NCBI RefSeq assembly: GCF_018977255.1
Contig: NW_024704742.1
Coordinates: 2,854,001-2,918,000, forward strand
Length of the DNA stretch: 64,000 bases
Source: Callorhinchus milii
Taxonomy: Eukaryota
Reading direction: 5' to 3'
Below, piece by piece: positions 63,371 through 64,000 of the stretch (positions within the stretch are counted from its first letter, which is position 1; the number at the start of each line of letters is the position of its first letter). Below the pieces are notes generated by a model, which was not told the origin of the DNA, searched no databases, and was given only the letters and a program-made list of their open reading frames with translations. The position numbers were made by a program, and so were the translations under genes.

Positions 63371-64000
63371 GCAGCAAAACATATCTGTATCCAAAATTTC
63401 TAAACGTTTCAGAACTTTAAACACCTTTAATAATATTATAGCTCCCTTATTAGAGCATAATTCTCTCTCTATATACATATATGTATTTAGCGTTTCAGCG
63501 ATGTGATAAGGCGTTATATGACATGAAAGGATTACATATTTTTATTATCATTTATTATTATCAATGAAAGATAGCAGACTTCCAGAAGAAATCCACTAAC
63601 TGTAAGATGAGTTTCACATTGTGTTGACGGCAGTGACCTGAGAATAATAATGCTGAGTTATAGAAATTGTGTCTTCACAAATTCAGCGTCAAGAGAAAGC
63701 AATCGTACTGATACTAGGAGGACATAAAAAACCACTGGGGACACAGGTTCATGGTCAAATAAAACTTAAGAGGTGATGAAGCAGGAGGAGACACATAAAG
63801 TTTACGCAGAGGACAAGTGCTACAAAGTGAGATTCCTCGCTAATATGTACTGACATTTCTTACCTGTCTCTCAGATTTCCTCTTGAGTTGCGATTTATTA
63901 TTTATCAGCTGAGAAACGAGCTCTCGGAAAGGTCAATTTAAGGCCAAGAATAAAAATCCACTCGCTTGAAAGGGTGACAAGCAAATCTGTTTTTTTTTCT

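Noticed and set aside
1..64000. Known miRNA, snRNA, rRNA or hammerhead ribozyme motifs
   Set aside because: None recognised in a visual scan. An Rfam/miRBase search is needed to exclude them properly.

Overview
This is eukaryotic (vertebrate) genomic DNA, almost entirely non-coding and rich in repeats. The repeat content (Deu-domain SINEs, L2 and CR1 LINE 3' ends, and no HE1-type shark SINE that I could recognise) points to a cartilaginous fish, probably a holocephalan such as the elephant shark; this is inference. The left ~5 kb is CpG-rich and looks like a divergent promoter region. It holds a candidate minus-strand first coding exon (MGNSSSLKKKESIGGFSVL, resembling an N-myristoylation start) and two candidate plus-strand exons that would splice to a signal-peptide-like peptide. 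I cannot name either gene. The remaining ~59 kb looks like a long intron or intergenic region with dozens of SINE/LINE fragments, separated by repeat-poor blocks that may be conserved non-coding elements. Apart from decayed LINE ORF2 remnants, none of the listed six-frame ORFs is a credible protein. I found no clear new biological system. The most interesting observations are: a modular SINE family sharing a covarying 3' stem-loop with the local L2 LINE; antisense SINE-in-SINE nesting; an unclassified five-copy repeat with a conserved hairpin and splice-donor motif; several foldback elements; and an A-B-A'-inverted-B rearrangement. Repeat boundaries were placed by eye and are approximate.
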